Positions 25,401 to 36,200 of a DNA stretch of 64,000 bases are shown here, in pieces. Positions within the stretch are counted from its first letter, which is position 1. Each line of letters starts with the position of its first letter. The notes beneath the pieces were generated by a model. The model worked only from the letters and a program-made list of their open reading frames with translations. It made no database searches and was not told where the DNA came from. Source of the DNA: Pecten maximus (Eukaryota); the NCBI RefSeq assembly GCF_902652985.1, contig NC_047027.1:25296001-25360000 (forward strand). The letters are read 5' to 3'. The translations under genes were made by a program, and so were the position numbers.

Positions 25401-28400
25401 GACGAAATCTAAGTAAGATACCAAGCAGGCTGTTCAACATATCGGGTCCTTGTAACAGAACGTCGTTGAGCGATAAATTCTGGCACTTGGCAGATGAGTC
25501 AAACACCACACGTATACTATCAGGCTTCTTAGGATGTTGAACTGCAAACAGTGGCAAATACCATTTCTCTGTAGAATCTGGTAAAGCTGGTGCTAACTCT
25601 GCGTGCTTATTACCGAAAAGTTTCTCCATGAATTCCATAACTCTTTTCTGTTTGTCTGGGTTCGACTTGAGACTCCGATCAAACGAATTCGCTCTTTTAA
25701 GAGCCATACTCTTGTTGTCAGGCAGAAAGGGTCTATTCTTCTTAAAAGGCATGGGTGCCTCCCAATGTCCACTAGGGGTTTGTTTGAATCCAGTTTCCAT
25801 AGTGCTAAGGAACCTTTTGTCCTCTATCGACAAGCCAGGTTTCTCATCTCCCGGTACTCGTTCGAAGATAGGGTCCTCCTTCACCATGAGTTCACTCTCG
25901 CATGGCTGCAAGTATGTAGGTCTGCCGTTAGCGAACACTGATGTTTTGCTCACACTGACCTGTTCCGGTAGGTGTGCGCGACCTAAACACACATCACCAA
26001 TTACAACCCATCCAAGAGGTAACTTCTGGCCGAATGGTAGCCAGTCTCCATCGATACGTTGATCTACAACATGATGTGCAGATACCAAGTCCCTACCAAT
26101 CAAAATTTCAATTTCCACACTGTCGTTCACGGGTGGAATAAGTGACGCGATGTCTCGTAAATGACTGTAATTCTCTGCCACTTCTGGAGATGGAATTTCA
26201 CTACGATTGTTTGGGATCTCATTACACTCAATCAAACAGGGTGATTGCAGAGTACATGAACCATCAAGAGATTGTATTACATATCCAGATGCTCTCCGAC
26301 CAGAGGTAGTAAACTTGCCAGCACATGAAGTGAGTACATATTCTGCACTTGGACCAAATTCTCTAAAGGCGTCGAAGAATGCTGACGTAGCCAATGACTT
26401 ATTACTCTGGTCATCAATCATACAGTAAACATTGCGGGCTCGAGATGGCTGCCCATTGGGAAATACACTGACAAGCAGTATTTTAGCACACGACTTACTA
26501 GTACTGTGACGAGTACTACAAACCTCAGTACAGTGAGTTTCAACTCGGAGCTTCTCCTCCTCGTGGTCTTCACTAGGTATTTGATGTCGCTGACTTCTGT
26601 AATTATCTTGTGATTTCTCCCCCTCATACTGTTTCCCAGAGTCTGCGTCTGGATGAAGTATTCCGATGTGATCTGGGGAACCACAAACATTACACTTGAC
26701 AGTTTCTTTACATGTTTTCCTTGTATGGCGCTTCTGCCCGCAACACTTCAAACAGTAACCATTTTTATATACAAAGTCTTTACGATCTTTCAGAGTTCTG
26801 TTTCGGAATTTAAAACAGTCTTTCAGTAGATGATTAGAATTTTCACCATGAATAGGACATTTCCCACCTTTAGGGTTGGTTTCCGGAGTAACCTCGGTCT
26901 TCCGTGATGATATCGAAGTTTGACGATGAGAATCCTGTGACAAGGGTTTATATTTCTGTTGTGTACTAGGAACTTTGTTCGGCTTCACAAACGAAACATC
27001 AAAATCAAAACTGGGGTCGTTACGTAGACGGGCCAGATCACGCAAGTATCTTGTGAGTACTGAGAATGGTACTTGCGACGTTCGATTTGTCTCTTTGTAG
27101 CGATAACACTGATTGGCCCATTTTTCCCTCAAGCGTTTAGGTAATTTTCTAACAAAATCATTTATCCCACTAGAAGTGTCATAATAGCTAAAAACTGGTC
27201 CCAACACTGTGTCGGTTTTAATGGATTCAACCTCCGCTGCCAAATCTGATAGGTCAAAAAAGCGCTTAGTGTCATTTTCCTTAAGATCCGGAAACTGGTA
27301 TATTCGTTGTTTCAATGCTCTTTCGATAATTTCTGCACTACCAAACTCGCTATCAAGCCGCTTCCAAATTTCGTCCACAGCCTTCTGAGAATTCCTGGGA
27401 TTAGAAGCGCGTATGTTCTCTGCTTGTGTTTTAGACTCAGCACCAAGATGATTTACGAGCAGATCTAGATGTTCCAAGATAGACGCCCCAATTTCTTCCA
27501 TTACATTAAGAAAGCCGTATTTCCAGGTTAGGTACCTAGCTGGTTCATCTGTAAATTGAGAAAGTCTCTGAGGCAAAAGTTGATTTTTTGCCACTAATTT
27601 TGCTAAGTCAAATGCCTCATTTCTATTTTCAGGCTTAAACGCAACAGCACTAGGGTTAAGAACACGTGTAGTATCAGCCGCTCCAGTAGAGGGAATCTGT
27701 ACAACAGTTTCTATTGGTTCATCCTGAGTAACATCTTCTGTAGGAATAATAGGTGGAGATACATTATTGTCTTTATTCTCCTCTACATAGCGCAAAATGT
27801 GACGATTGGTCTCTGACCCAATATAACTGCCTCGCTTACTTGCAGAATCTTTATTGCTAGCATTTGAAGATCTAAAGTCAAAAGCTTTGTGAATTGCATT
27901 AAGTCCAGTCTCAGCTACTTCTAATTCTCTCTTCAGATTTAATAAATTCCTACTTGCCTGTAAAGCTGCCTCTTGTTTTATCAATTCAGCCTCCTCTTGT
28001 GCATATTTCATGCGAGATCTTGCCTTTTCAACTTTGGCTGTATGTTTTACCAACATTTCAGTCAACCGACTCGACCCTGAAACACCTGACCGTCTGGTTG
28101 ACAGCATCTTGTGTGAAATTGACGGCAACAAGGACTGTAAGTGCTCTATAAATGACGTCACTTTATCATGTAAAGCTGCAGATGTGAGACGATGAGCTGC
28201 CTCTTCACTGGCACTATGATCTGTGCGAGTCCCTTGTAAGAATTGTTCAAACTTTTTAGCTTTCGCTTCATAGCGAGCTAACAGTTTTTGTATGTCATCA
28301 ATAATTTGCTGGCCCTGGGCAAGATCTATATTTTCTGAGGAATCGATGATAAAGTCAATGTCCCTTTTGATTTTCAATAATTTGGTTGTATAATGCGACA

Positions 28401-28461
28401 CCTTTTCTTCATAAAGATTCACACCGGACTCTGTCATCTTCCTATTTTGGCGGACATCCAT
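22489..28461 (-). CDS. BEL/Pao Gag-Pol polyprotein (Gag zinc knuckles, protease, RT, RNase H, integrase)
   Basis: Three Cys/His knuckles (CPIH, CLKC, CNVC), protease MIDDQS, RT FYVDD, RNase H FADAS and PRLELCAA, integrase HHCC plus DTFGP/SDRGTNF/GGAWERL. The frame is uninterrupted; first ATGs at 28461 and 28437. Confidence 0.97.
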   Translation of the reverse strand: MDVRQNRKMTESGVNLYEEKVSHYTTKLLKIKRDIDFIIDSSENIDLAQGQQIIDDIQKLLARYEAKAKKFEQFLQGTRTDHSASEEAAHRLTSAALHDKVTSFIEHLQSLLPSISHKMLSTRRSGVSGSSRLTEMLVKHTAKVEKARSRMKYAQEEAELIKQEAALQASRNLLNLKRELEVAETGLNAIHKAFDFRSSNASNKDSASKRGSYIGSETNRHILRYVEENKDNNVSPPIIPTEDVTQDEPIETVVQIPSTGAADTTRVLNPSAVAFKPENRNEAFDLAKLVAKNQLLPQRLSQFTDEPARYLTWKYGFLNVMEEIGASILEHLDLLVNHLGAESKTQAENIRASNPRNSQKAVDEIWKRLDSEFGSAEIIERALKQRIYQFPDLKENDTKRFFDLSDLAAEVESIKTDTVLGPVFSYYDTSSGINDFVRKLPKRLREKWANQCYRYKETNRTSQVPFSVLTRYLRDLARLRNDPSFDFDVSFVKPNKVPSTQQKYKPLSQDSHRQTSISSRKTEVTPETNPKGGKCPIHGENSNHLLKDCFKFRNRTLKDRKDFVYKNGYCLKCCGQKRHTRKTCKETVKCNVCGSPDHIGILHPDADSGKQYEGEKSQDNYRSQRHQIPSEDHEEEKLRVETHCTEVCSTRHSTSKSCAKILLVSVFPNGQPSRARNVYCMIDDQSNKSLATSAFFDAFREFGPSAEYVLTSCAGKFTTSGRRASGYVIQSLDGSCTLQSPCLIECNEIPNNRSEIPSPEVAENYSHLRDIASLIPPVNDSVEIEILIGRDLVSAHHVVDQRIDGDWLPFGQKLPLGWVVIGDVCLGRAHLPEQVSVSKTSVFANGRPTYLQPCESELMVKEDPIFERVPGDEKPGLSIEDKRFLSTMETGFKQTPSGHWEAPMPFKKNRPFLPDNKSMALKRANSFDRSLKSNPDKQKRVMEFMEKLFGNKHAELAPALPDSTEKWYLPLFAVQHPKKPDSIRVVFDSSAKCQNLSLNDVLLQGPDMLNSLLGILLRFRRERIAVTMDVEQMFYNFQVPEVQRRFLRFLWHKNNDLSEPLVEYQMTRHVFGNTASPAVANFGLRKAVENSDQDVQNLVGKDFYVDDGLLSCRTQSEAIDIVERTKHALQENGEIRLHKFASNSRDVLNAFCQKDLAKDLKDIDLLTETLPTQRSLGLLWDTETDSFTFKVNQVEKVYTRRGLLSTINSIYDPLGFAQPFTIRGKLLLREMMSVTSSNDWDDPLPESLYGQWCLWVNSMHNLENLSIPRVYCDISFDDALRREVLVFADASKDAIAAVAYLKLYDPSRFSIGFLLGKAKLAPTHGHTVPRLELCAAVLATEIAETIRVQLDIPQDSFQFFSDSQVVLGYISNESRRFYVYVGNRVSKIRLFSKPTQWNFVPSECNPADVATRGLDALLLPDSSWILGPDIKHRTSPDGYDLIDPDHDLEIRPEVNCSKMEQSEDMIDVPEKKVKQTDCGKVPEGFSKRFTRFSNWKRLVRVVARIKFLAAHIRKDRERLPDRFDEPEFLQESERAIIAVAQQDAFSSEFQRIHAGKEIPHSSSLKTLTPVIGTDGLLHVGGRLNKIDNEIIGSGLRNPVILPKSHHVTFLVVRHFHQKVVHQGRKFTEGAVRTGGYWVVSCRKMVNFIIHNCVTCKKLRGQFGQQYMADLPTDRCTPSPPFSYVGVDTFGPWPISFRRTRGGSATQKRWALLFTCLVTRAIHIEVIEQLSSSSFINALRRFISVRGPVIQFRSDRGTNFVGATEDLAIDARFVENDHVADFLSDGKIKWIFNPPYSPHMGGAWERLIGVAKNILNSMLLQQQRKSLTHEVLTTLMSEVCAIVNNRPLVDVFSDPESPVLLTPSMLLTSKTSCDVNPFPPYNTKDVLRSTWKHVQSLAEEFWRRWRNEYLHGLQLRKKWQKHTKNLQPGDLVLLKDGERSRNEWPVGIVERTFPSNDCAVRKVEIAVVRDNKRVLYVRPVTELVTLLETDE

Positions 28462-28609
28462 CAGTAAACAAATTAAAGTTGAAAACAATTCAATTCTATT
28501 GGTGATACGAAGGATACATTACTACTGCTGTGTACTGCAGGCCAGGTCATCTTACTGCAGGCAAGGTCAAACTACAGCAGGCAAGGTCAAACTACTTCAG
28601 GCCAGGTCA

Positions 28610-28622
28610 AAGGATTTTTTAC
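28610..28622 (-). other. Non-tRNA primer-binding site GTAAAAAATCCTT
   Basis: Lies immediately after the 5' LTR and lacks the TGG that pairs with tRNA CCA. It is complementary to the predicted spliced LTR junction. Confidence 0.7.
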
Positions 28623-29293
28623 TGTGATGTATCATGCTTCATAATCATAAAGGACGAATAAAGTCGATGTAGACTCCCTTTATTTGCATCACACACCTCA
28701 AGAGAGGGTAAAAAACTACAAAGAAAACAAAACCAAAAATAACAAAAGTTAGGAAACCAACAGAAAGAGTAATCGTCTCGGACAGACCAATAACTGTTCC
28801 TCCTAATAAATCATGTTACAAATACAATGAAATATAACACATTATATGTTCCTACCGGATAAAATTATGAGAAATTGCTCACTATCTTTCATATTCTTAA
28901 TAATAAAGATTTAAACAGCTCAAATGAGGTTATTCGAATGTCATTTGTCCAAGTTATAACATGTATTCAATGTATAAACAAACCAGCAGACGACACTTGA
29001 TTGAAATATGGCGGGACCTACTCGGCCAAGCCTAACACGATTTACCAAACTTACAAGATGAGAATATATGCATATGACATAATAACAAGCATCATAGATA
29101 TATTATGCATTAAACCATATATTAATTATCAACACTTACTCCTTAGGGAGGCCAGTATATCCGAAAACAATAGCGTGACAGCGACGCTTCCACATGGTAC
29201 TGTAGACATGGGAACTTGTAACTAATACACTAATATGCGGATAGAGGCGGACTCTAATTTCCGGACAACAGATTCCGGACTTAGACCATCACA
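28623..29293 (-). repeat. 5' LTR containing a predicted 424-nt GT-AG intron (29139..28716)
   Basis: Donor AAGGA|GTAAGT, acceptor TTTTGTTTTCTTTGTAG|, and AATAAA at 28684-28679. Confidence 0.95.
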
Positions 29294-29595
29294 ACCCATG
29301 TCAAAACATATACACAATCTACCCCATCTACAGTAAAACTCATATTCACTCATATCAAAACATATACACAATCTACCCCATCTACAGTAAAACTCATATT
29401 CACTCATGTCAAAACACATACACGTTCTACCCCAAATACATTATAACTCATATCCACCCACAAACACATTCTACCCCATATACATTATAACTCATATCCA
29501 CCCACACACACAATCTACCCCATATACAGTATAGCTCATATCCACCCACACACACAATCTACCCCATATACAGTATAACTCATATCTACCCGAGA
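29294..29595 (+). repeat. ~54/43-bp tandem repeat, right part
   Basis: Continuation of 21470-21635. Confidence 0.85.
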
Positions 29596-29611
29596 AAAAA
29601 CACTTACACAC

Positions 29612-32170
29612 AATTCATTATTCAATTATTTTATTACTTTCGCCCGTAGGACCTATCAGTCACGAAAACATTGTACATGAAAAACAAATTACAGCATGGC
29701 GTATACAACAGGACATAACATATAGAGAATGAGACATCATAACATCAATGATTGGTTCAGTAATTATTTCTTAATTTAGTAGCTTCATGTATATATGTTC
29801 CTAGAGAACACAGTTATTTTATACTTGAATAGCTGGATTAATTTAAAAACAGATGGGTTATTCCAGTAATAGCGTTTGATGTATGTTTTCCTTAAATTTC
29901 TATAACTTTTACATTTAAGAATAAAATGACATTCATCTTCAATTTGTTGTCTAGTATTACACATATTACAAAATCGTCTTGATCTTGGAGTATTATTATA
30001 TCTACCAGCTTCAATGGCTAAACAATGTGCAGATAGACGTACAAATCTTTTAGGAATGTATTTGGTAATATAAAAAGGTAGTGTTACAGTCCCCACAAGA
30101 TTTTTTTTTTATATATATGACATTTTGTGACTCTAATAAATGATGTAGGTGTTGCTGAGATTGGTCAAAAATTCTCTGGCAAAATATTGTCGATATAGCT
30201 TGCATACATTTGCTGGTTTTCGCACACAACCAAAACCAAGCGAAAAAGTTCATTTTTAACAAAATTAATTATCCTTAGTTTCCTATAATATTGTAGTGGA
30301 AAACGACCTTGTTCACAATATACCACCGCATTTGAGGTTGATTTTTTTTACATGAAGTATTCTTTTGCAAAATGTGTGTGGACCTTTTCAATGTCAATTG
30401 CCTTTGACGATTCCCATATCTCGCAACTATAGCTTAAAACACTTCCAATATATGTATCGAAAAGATGAAGCATAGTTTCAATATTTAATGAATCTCGCAC
30501 TCTCGCCCACGCGATTTCGCTCCCTCGATGTCAAGTTTTCGCATTCTCGCATTTTCGACCTAAGGTCGAGAGTGCGAAAATGCGAGATTATGCCTTAACT
30601 TAACGGCCGCCCTCGCACTCTCGCTTCCTCGCATATATTTAACCAACGTAATGTATATCATTATGCATGTTCCTTACGCGAGAATGCGGGATTATGCTTT
30701 AACGGCCGCCCTCGCACTCTCGAACTTAGGTTGAAAGCGCGATAATGTGAAAACTCGACGGCGAGAGTGCGAGATTAATTTCGCGTTTTCGCCGTCGCGT
30801 TTTCGCATTCTCGCCGTCGCGTTTTCGACCTTAGGTCGAGTGTGCGAGAATGCGAGATTTGATACTTGGCCCTAACGAGCCACCATACTACCCTGATATG
30901 TCCATTTCTCATTGCAATGAACTATACCACCTTTTCGAAAAACATCGACTTAAGTTTTTTTTTCTCAATATTTACAGTAAGTTTCCATTGGTTTGAATAC
31001 CTTTCTAAACTATCGAGTAGATCTTGCAAACCCTTGACAGTCTCCGAAAATAGCACCATATCGTCAGCGTAAAGCATGAGAAATAAACTAAGGTCTTGAA
31101 AATCGTATTGTGAATTACAAAAATTCAAAATCATTAACATACAAAGAAAAGAGTATCAGGGAGAGAATTTCCCCTTGGAAGAGGCCGATCTCATTATCGA
31201 AGAAATCAGAGATACGACCTTGAAGATTTTACGTGTCCATATAAAGATTTGATCAAATTCAAAAGTTTTCCTCGTATTCCTAATTTTGATAATTTGTACC
31301 ACAAATTTAAACGATCAACGCGGTCAAACGCTTTATGAAAATCAACGAAACAGCAATATAATCGTTTGTTGTTGTTAAAAGAGGCTTTGTAATTATTGAA
31401 TGTAATACAAAAATAGCATCAATTGTACTCACTCCAGGACGAAACCCGAATTGGGCATCAGACATAATGTCATATGATTCACTCCATTTCAATAACCTAC
31501 GATTTAATATTGAAGTAAATAATTTTCCAAGACAGCTTAACAAACTTATACCCCTGAAATTGTTAGGATTCGATTTATCTCCCTTTATATGCACCGGAGT
31601 AATCACGGCTCTAGACCATTCAGCCGGAAAATATCCCGAATTTAAAATTTCATTAAACAAAGTACAAAATGTGAGTAAGAGGAGAGTTTTCCCCGATAAT
31701 AAACATTCATTTAAAATACCATCAAACCCATGTGCTTTTCCACGTTTCAGTGTCAGAATTGCTCGTGATAGTTCTTATATAGAAATATCATAATCTAATA
31801 CATCATATACTTGTGTATCGTGGTCAACTTCATTATCTGCAGATATAAGTCTGTATCGTTATTAGTGTTTACGCCATTACCACTTGACAAATCCTTAAAA
31901 TATTTATATAAACAATTCAAATTCGTTTGCCTTCCAAATTTCTTATAAAACTGATGCAGATTATATTTCCGCAAATATTCTAGCATGTCTCCCTCTAATC
32001 TCATATATTGTCTTTTTTCTTAGATTCTAATATCTTAAACATTTTCTTACTTTCTATTAAAATTCTGTGATTGACAGACGATTTACAACTATTGAAATCG
32101 CGTAAAGCGTTTCGATACAGGTACCATTTGTTTTTGACCTCAACATCAAACCATGGCTTGTCTTCACTGT
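29612..32170 (-). mobile_element. Decayed CR1-like LINE (RT fragments)
   Basis: FPAEWS..KGDKSNPNNFRGISLLSCLGKLF, QFGFRPG, LMLYADD, C-terminal EDECHFILKC, an ATTGA-type tail, and many frameshifts. Confidence 0.9.
30492..30886. mobile_element. GC-rich MITE-like insertion in the LINE
   Basis: Dense TCGC/GCGA short inverted repeats and the palindrome TCGACCT(A/T)AGGTCGA. It interrupts the LINE ORF2. Confidence 0.6.
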
Positions 32171-33203
32171 ATTAGTGTATACATACATGTATGTACGTTC
32201 ACCACGTCCACCTACACCTGCACGCTCCGAGCGAGCCGGTTACACCCACGAGTCGAGTTGTAAATGTGATTTCTTCTGTAAATAAATGGACACAATTAAG
32301 GATTAACATCAATTATTTTTTCTGTTATACAGTCATAACAGAAAAAACTGGAGTGTACTCTAAATAAACCGCGAAGCCTGCGGCCTCCGTTATTAATTTA
32401 ATTGCAAAATATCGTCGTCCTCGTTGTATATCATGCGACAATACACGAATCATCGTTAAGTATTTCTTAAATAAGCTTGATGTTTAATAATTAGTTTAAA
32501 CCCATAAGGAGTCAACCGAAGATAAAAATAATAGCCAACATCTATCGTGTAGATGTTTAGATGTTTCAGTAATTTTCAGTAATTTATTTCACGTGTTTGT
32601 GTGTTTCAGAATATTACTTGTCTATCCAGTCGTCGAAGTCGCTCTGGCTTTATAGTGTTTAGTCATTGCTCCGAGACGTAAGTAGGTCAAAAACACTACA
32701 ATGTTATACGTGCTGTTCACTGGTTAGAGAGTTCATCAGTGATGCTTTTTTAAATCCGCCAAGTTCAATTAAGGCACATACACAATTCTCAGGAGATAAG
32801 GCAATACAGACGGTATAGTCACTTAGCAATGAAGTGGTGAATGACGGAGACGAAACAATTATACTTCATTGTGAAGTAAAGATTTCCTGTTAACTCTAGA
32901 CATAGGCCTGTGCTACGAACTCGCCAGCATACGAATCTTAAAAGTATGAAACTTAATGTACATTGGGGGATTGAACAGTCAGTGATCGATGTGAGTTAAA
33001 AAGTAGATTATGAAAAAATATTTATTCTTCATACAAAGTTTATCTAAATGCATATATATCATAAAATTTTTTACAGAAATTTTAATTAAGAATCTTTATG
33101 TTATACATCATTGAATATTACAATGATTATTTCATAACAATGTCATTCCAAATAATCAGGTATACCTGTTACTTCATCACGTATATATCAGACATATACA
33201 ACG

Positions 33204-36200
33204 TCAGAGCATCTGCTTAATTAGGACGTTAAGTGAACGCAGAATTGACACAAGTCTCATTTGTCTCTTCAGATTATAACGTGAGCACGGCTTGCTGGTC
33301 CCGTAAAGGGACCGTTCTGAGAATTTAAACTTCATATTAGTAAAACATTCCATGATATATCAAAAATTCATCTTAATAAGTATATTCAATAACATAAAAC
33401 GCAAAAGAGGTTTTTTTTTTTTTTTTTTTTAGACAACGCACCTTCGAGTTCATCATATACGGCCGCATTACTTCTTGTGCCAAGGGATTCATACATTTGT
33501 CTAGAATGAGAGGAAAAATCATTCCGATTAAATGATGTGCTTTGATTTGATTACTTTTACTCATTAATTATTATTTCAATAAACACATAACACATCTACA
33601 CTGATTTCACGATTACGTCTCACATGATACTTGTGACATCGTAGTATGATCAATACAGTACGAATGTACATAAAAGAGAGTCTTTTCAACATTATTCTGC
33701 AATATTAAGCCATGCTGTAATATGCTTGGATTTTATTTTATTGAACATTGTTTTCATATGCATAATTTTGTCGAATGGCCTTGGCTGGTCTGTGCTTACT
33801 CTTACAATATATGTAATGGATTTTTTTAAAAAGAGTATGTACAGTTCACATTTGAGATTAAAGTATACATCATACTTATATCCTTTGTAAGTAAATCTAC
33901 CATACAAACCTGTCGTCAGTGGAAGCTTGTGTATTCACATTGGCTGAAACAGAGTCAATGGATAATATTACGATAGCGTATTTCAAGAACGGTTTAGCTA
34001 AGTATCGCGAGACGTTTTGATATAATAATTATAACGAGTGTTATTTCCTCAGACAAAGACATACAATAATATAATAGTTCAAAGCTCTTACATACTGCTT
34101 TATCACACCAATATATAATTGTCTCTAAGTTGTGATTATCTAGACTTTAGCAAACAGCTCTGCCTCGTTTCACTTATCTCTTTGAGAGCCGCCATCCAGA
34201 GCTGCCATTCGGCGCAAAGAAATTACTATATAGAAACATTTTCATTTATCAATCATTATGAGTGTTGTTTTGTTCAGACTAAGATATATACTAATTCAAA
34301 ATTCTTATAAACTACTTTATCACAGCAATATATATCCTTCGCTAATGTGTGATTATGGGTGTCAAGTGTCGAAACCTACGTTGGGAGGTTTCCAGGTACT
34401 GACCGTAGGCCGGTGGTTTTTCTCTGGTTAGTCCGGCTTTCCTCCACCTCCAAAACTTGGCACGTTAAACAAAACAAACCAAACCAAGTGATTATGGCGA
34501 CTTCAATTACAAGCCCTGCCTCTTTTCATTTCATTCCATTGAGAGCTTAAACCCGGACCTATCGTTCGGCGCAAACCGCTTGAAAATTTCCAGCACTGTC
34601 CTTTGACGTATAAATCCAACGTATCATAACCAGAAGGGAACACAAAGGATTGCCCCTACTCGGACTCGAACGAGCGATAAGTCCATCATAATTCTATTTA
34701 CCAATATACCCTCATACCCAACAAAACAAGCACTTCATCAGTTCAACAACAGTATGACATTCGACTTACCTGCAACATTACTACCAAGACACTCATAGTT
34801 TGATGGTGGTTCTCTTTCCTGTAGGTTCAAATCGTCATAGTGTGATCTGATCAACAAAATCACAAACATACCAGTCAGTTACAGGTGTTTATACTCACTT
34901 CACTGAATGTGCTACGTCATAATTGGTAACATTATATTAAGCTACAGATGTTAGATGTGTCATAGTATCTTGCAAAAAACAAAAACGTTGAGATCAAACA
35001 TGTACATGAATTCCATGCATCAAATTCATACCCAGTATGTTGGAAACTATTTACATCATAGATGTGACAAACAAAATATATTTACAGTAATGAATGAGGG
35101 TATCTCATTCGGAAATGGAATGCAATGTAGACATCATAAGGCATGCTATAAAAACATAATTCATAATCTGAAACATTTTGTTCTCAGCTGTAAATACTGA
35201 ATTTTGTCAAAATTAACATTTCTGATTAATAAAAACGTAAAATGGGAATTCAATCGTACCTCTCTGTTGGAATGTCATGTTGTCCTACAGGAGACAGAGG
35301 CAGGTTTACACCTATGAAATAATACATATTGAAATGAAAACCCAGCAAATCCTAAACGTCACATTATATGGCTGTTCTGCTGTTGAATAAAAACAATGAC
35401 ACATGGAATAAAATAAAAGATGCGTCTTTAAAGTTGTTACTCGAGGGATTTTTCTGACATAACTCAATATTTTTGTAATTACAAAATAACACCGATATTT
35501 ATGTTGGCATGTGTTTAGGGGATGGAAACAAGTCAACATATTTGACAAGGCAAACAGAAAAATGTCACACAAAATGGGCAAACGAAGATAAGCTATGAAC
35601 TTTTCTAAATTTCAGCGTAAAAGTTTAGATGGTTCTGCTGTGTATATAAATGGTTATTTGTTTGTATTGGAGAAACAGAAGGTAACAAAACAAACAAGAT
35701 CGCATAAATCAACTTGAGAGTTTCATTTGTATTTAAAAAAAAAAAAAAAAGTTAATCAATATGTATCCGTCGCTAATGTGTGATTATGGGGCCTTCCATT
35801 ACCAGCCCTGTCTCTTTTCATTTAACTCAGTAGTAACCAATAGACCGTCATACCCTACAAAGTAAGCACTTCATCATTGAAAAATGTAGCTGTCATCAGT
35901 TCAACAACAGTATGACAATTGACTTACCTGCAGCATTACTACCAAGACACTCATAGTTTGATGGTGGTTCTCTTTCCTCTAGGTTCAAATCGTCATAGTG
36001 TGATCTGATCAACAAAAGCACAAACATGCCAGTCATTTACATGTGATTATACTCACTTCACTGAATGTGTTACATCATAGTCGGTAAAATTAGATTAAGC
36101 TACAGATGCTAGATGTGTAAAAAAAAAAAAAAAAAAAAAAATTTGAGATCAAAACATCAACATGAATTCCATGTATCAAATTCACGTCTAGTATTGTTGG

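Larger units (their letters stand above)
21636..29293 (-). mobile_element. Full-length BEL/Pao LTR retrotransposon
   Basis: Two 671-bp LTRs (TGTGAT...ATCACA), 5-bp TSD ACCCA (21631-21635 and 29294-29298), PPT AGAGGAGGAG next to the 3' LTR, and a single gag-pol ORF. Confidence 0.98.
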
